A DNA stretch of 37,169 nucleotides from Rickettsia typhi (GTDB lineage Bacteria > Pseudomonadota > Alphaproteobacteria > Rickettsiales > Deianiraeaceae): assembly GCA_945861605.1 (NCBI GenBank), contig CAMAVG010000001.1, positions 1-37,169 of the forward strand, written 5' to 3'. Numbering within the stretch: the first letter of the stretch is position 1; every line of letters starts with the position of its first letter. The notes under the pieces were generated by a model, which saw only the letters and a program-made list of their open reading frames with translations, had not been told where the DNA came from and did no database searches. Both the position numbers and the translations under genes were made by a program. Positions 34,365-37,169 of this stretch are shown here, piece by piece.

Positions 34365-34739
34365 TTACTTTTTAGGTTTTTTCGCACCATAACATGAGCG
34401 AGACTGCTTACGGTTTTTTACACCTTGAAGATCGAGGGCACCTCTGACAATGTGGTATCTTACACCGGGAAGATCCTTTACACGACCGCCACGAATCAGC
34501 ACTACGCTGTGTTCTTGAAGATTATGCCCTTCACCTGGGATATAAGCAATGACTTCGTAACCATTGGAAAGACGAATACGAGCAACCTTACGAAGAGCCG
34601 AGTTCGGCTTCTTTGGGGTTGTTGTATAAACCTTTACACAAACACCACGCTTTTGGGGACATTCCTCCAATGCTGGCGATTTCGACTTATAAACTCTAGC
34701 AGTTCTATTCTGCCTTACTAACTGATTTGTTGTTACCAT
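34365..34739 (-). CDS. rpsL: 30S ribosomal protein S12
   Basis: [28 protein letters not shown] and [21 protein letters not shown] prefer the internal ATG at 34739, which gives 124 aa. Confidence 0.96.
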   Translation of the reverse strand: MVTTNQLVRQNRTARVYKSKSPALEECPQKRGVCVKVYTTTPKKPNSALRKVARIRLSNGYEVIAYIPGEGHNLQEHSVVLIRGGRVKDLPGVRYHIVRGALDLQGVKNRKQSRSCYGAKKPKK

Positions 34740-34803
34740 ATTTTTAGCTTTACAATAAAAAAATACTACTTTATCCAAAGTTCAGTTAATTATAACATTT
34801 AAT

Positions 34804-37140
34804 TTGTCAATCTTTTTTTTGAAGTTTTTATTTTTCCTTGCATTTTTCACCATTAGCAATGTTTCTTTTGCGGATATCCCACCGATCACCGCCATTGAAA
34901 GCGAGGCAAAAATTGAAGTCATTGGTAATAAAAGTATTGAAGCAAATACAATCAAGCTTTATTCTGACCTCACAGCAAATTCAGATTCAACCAAGGTTTT
35001 TTCCGATGCCACCCTTTCGAATGCAATAAAAAAAATTTACAAAACCGGCTTTTTCAGCGATGTCAAAATCACACGGAAGGAGGGCGGAATCACAATTTCC
35101 GTTATTGAGACCCCCGTAATAAAAAAAATCCAATTCAACGGCAGAAAAGCAATTGGCAAGGATAAAATCCTCGAGGAAATCTCCACAAAAGAAAAAAGAT
35201 TCTTCTCCAAAAACGATTTACTAAACGATACCAAACGCCTCACAATGATTTACCAAAAAATGGGATATCTCAATGTCAAAATCAAACCCATGGTTGAATT
35301 CCTTGAAGACGGCACGCGTGTTATTGTAATTTTTGACATTCAAGAAGGCAAAAAAGCACAAATCGAAAAAATCTCCATTGAGGGAAACGAAAAATTTAGC
35401 GATTCCCAGCTCAAGGAAATCCTCCACATTCGCCCACGAAGCATATTCAAACTGAACCTTGGCGCATCATTTGATAACGAATCCGTTCAAAACGAACAAG
35501 AGGCTCTCAAAAGATTCTACCTAACCAAAGGTTACCCGCAATTTCAAAATATCCATGTTTTAAGCACATATTATAATAATAAAAATTTATTCGCCATTCA
35601 ATACTTCATCAATGAAGGAGAGAAATTCCACTTCGGGAAGCACAAAATTGAAAATTTCGTCGAAGACCTTGATATAAGCCACTTCAAAGAAGACGAAATC
35701 CTCAACAAGGAGGGCGAAGTTTTCAACATTGAGAAAATCGAAAAGACCATCGGGAACTTACAGCAATATCTTCAAAAAAACGGATTTATTTTCGCCCAAG
35801 TCGAACACAAAGACGAACCAACCCCAGAAAAAACCATTGATATCACCTACATTTTAAAGAATTCCCGCAGAATCTATCTTCACAAAATCACCATAATTGG
35901 CAACAACAAAACCTCCGACCAAGTAATCCGCAGGGAAATCCTTGTAAAAGAGGGCGATGTCTACGACATTTCCAAAGTGCAACGGTCAATGCAACGAATT
36001 CGCAATCTCCAATATTTCGACGATGTCCAGATCGAAGAAAAACTCATCGATGGCACGCAGGACAGAATGGCGGTAACAATCACCGTCAAGGAGCGTTCAA
36101 CCGCCAGCATCAACGCTTCAATTGGTGGCGACCAATACAACGGGGTCTCAGGAAATGTCTCGGTTAATGAATCCAATTTCCTTGGCGAAGGCTATAATGC
36201 GGGAATTTCACTCGATAAAAGCATGTACGGAGAAAACTACAGCCTTTCCTTTTCCGAACCTTACTTCAAAGGCAGGGATATCCTTTTTGGAACACAGGTT
36301 TCCTATTCCAAATACGGCAACCCAAACTTCGTCCCATACCAATCCAACACATACTCCACAAGCTTCTTCATGGCATATTCCATCACGCAATATCTTCGCC
36401 ACAACATAAGCTATCGCTACCAAAATTCCGTCATTGAACAGCTTTCAAACCTTTACAGTCCCTACATAATCGCACAACTTGGAAGTTTCCAAACCTCGGC
36501 AATTGGTCACACACTATCATACGATAAACGCGACAACAACTTCATTCCATCGGGGGGGTACTCCTTCATTTTAAAGCAAGAAATCGCAGGATTAGGCGGA
36601 AACATGAAGTATATTTCCAGTGAAATCCGCGGTGATTATTACAAAAAACTCTTCAATTTTGAGGAACTCGTCTTTGGCATAAAAGGCAGATTCGCCACAA
36701 TTCAAGGCATCGGCGGTTCTGCTGTCAATGTTCAGAATCTTTATTCCCTTGGTGGCGGTTTTGGAATGAGAGGCTTCAACTATCGGGGTGTTGGTCCAAG
36801 GTATCAATACTCTTCAGGACAATACGACTCCTATTCCTACGGCGGGCAGAATTTAGGATTAGTCTCAACCGAAATTCGTTTTCCAAACGGGCTATCGAGG
36901 GATCTTGGCATTACAACATACCTCTTCACCGATTTTGGAACCCTTTATGGAATCGACGCAAGCAAAATTATCGGAGGAAAAATGTACGACGAATCTTCCA
37001 TAAGAATCGCAAGTGGCGTCGGTGTTTCGTGGAGGTCTCCCATGGGACCAATCGGCTTTGCATTTGGAAAAATAATAAAGTCTCAAGAATATGACACACC
37101 ACTTTCGTTCCTTGTAACATTCGGCGGACAAATGCAGTAA
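34804..37140 (+). CDS. bamA: outer-membrane protein assembly factor BamA (Omp85)
   Basis: 778 aa with a signal peptide ending SFA, repeated POTRA-like units (I..I.i.GN......i) and a C-terminal beta-barrel with alternating aromatic pattern and RGF/GG motifs (GGGFGMRGFNYRGVGP). The start is a TTG at 34804 and is uncertain. Confidence 0.9.
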   Translation: MSIFFLKFLFFLAFFTISNVSFADIPPITAIESEAKIEVIGNKSIEANTIKLYSDLTANSDSTKVFSDATLSNAIKKIYKTGFFSDVKITRKEGGITISVIETPVIKKIQFNGRKAIGKDKILEEISTKEKRFFSKNDLLNDTKRLTMIYQKMGYLNVKIKPMVEFLEDGTRVIVIFDIQEGKKAQIEKISIEGNEKFSDSQLKEILHIRPRSIFKLNLGASFDNESVQNEQEALKRFYLTKGYPQFQNIHVLSTYYNNKNLFAIQYFINEGEKFHFGKHKIENFVEDLDISHFKEDEILNKEGEVFNIEKIEKTIGNLQQYLQKNGFIFAQVEHKDEPTPEKTIDITYILKNSRRIYLHKITIIGNNKTSDQVIRREILVKEGDVYDISKVQRSMQRIRNLQYFDDVQIEEKLIDGTQDRMAVTITVKERSTASINASIGGDQYNGVSGNVSVNESNFLGEGYNAGISLDKSMYGENYSLSFSEPYFKGRDILFGTQVSYSKYGNPNFVPYQSNTYSTSFFMAYSITQYLRHNISYRYQNSVIEQLSNLYSPYIIAQLGSFQTSAIGHTLSYDKRDNNFIPSGGYSFILKQEIAGLGGNMKYISSEIRGDYYKKLFNFEELVFGIKGRFATIQGIGGSAVNVQNLYSLGGGFGMRGFNYRGVGPRYQYSSGQYDSYSYGGQNLGLVSTEIRFPNGLSRDLGITTYLFTDFGTLYGIDASKIIGGKMYDESSIRIASGVGVSWRSPMGPIGFAFGKIIKSQEYDTPLSFLVTFGGQMQ

Positions 37141-37169
37141 ATTACGGCATAAATAAAAAAAAAAAAAAA

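Noticed and set aside
37155-37169. Terminal run of 15 A residues
   Set aside because: It sits at the very end of the window or contig, after the bamA stop. It is most likely an assembly, adapter or contig-end artefact, or a simple AT-rich homopolymer. It cannot be interpreted as a poly(A) tail in a bacterial chromosome.
1-37169. Alternative genetic code (UGA as Trp), as seen in some tiny endosymbiont genomes
   Set aside because: All conserved genes translate full-length with the standard code. TGA terminates at least the luxI-like ORF (27214..27216), and an intact RF2 gene is present.
1-37169. tRNA, rRNA, tmRNA, RNase P or riboswitch genes and IS/integrase-type mobile elements
   Set aside because: No intergenic gap is longer than about 135 nt, and the longest ones are accounted for by divergent promoters or the prfB leader. 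I saw no cloverleaf-compatible segments, transposase or integrase ORFs, or terminal inverted or direct repeats flanking the AT-rich genes. A covariance-model scan would still be the decisive check.

Overview
This is a gene-dense 37-kb chromosomal segment, roughly 90% coding, with about 40% GC by eye. It looks like a reduced, probably intracellular, Gram-negative genome. An alphaproteobacterial (Rickettsiales/Holosporales-like) origin is my inference from the retained engB-argB linkage, a VirB11-type ATPase, BamA and a short Psd. I support 40 CDS. Most are housekeeping: ssb, tig, holB, an amidase, gcvPB, rpsB, dxs, psd, dnaG, xseB, rpsU, engB, argB, uvrC, metK, prfB, gpmI, trpB, mnmA, mdh, seven ribosomal-protein genes and bamA. 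I found no rRNA, tRNA, CRISPR array, transposase or integrase, and no intergenic gap exceeds about 135 nt. The code is standard: TGA, TAG and TAA are all used as stops and RF2 is present. Seven things deserve a second look. (1) An AT-rich orphan gene between prfB and a lipoprotein gene encodes a minimal class-III nucleotidyl-cyclase-like protein with no sensor or effector partner. (2) A LuxI-type acyl-transferase gene has a perfect 18-bp palindrome in its promoter, no LuxR in the window, and a 3' end that overlaps an orphan virB11. (3) A 1201-aa AsmA/TamB-like protein carries a roughly 300-aa acidic N-terminal extension built from seven DYDF-core tandem repeats. (4) A Q/T/N/P-rich protein contains a perfect 31-bp tandem duplication translated in two frames. 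(5) prfB has a +1 frameshift site using UAA. (6) The ribosomal-protein operons are heavily scrambled. (7) Several pathway genes are orphaned. All functional calls rest on motif recognition by eye, because no searches could be run.
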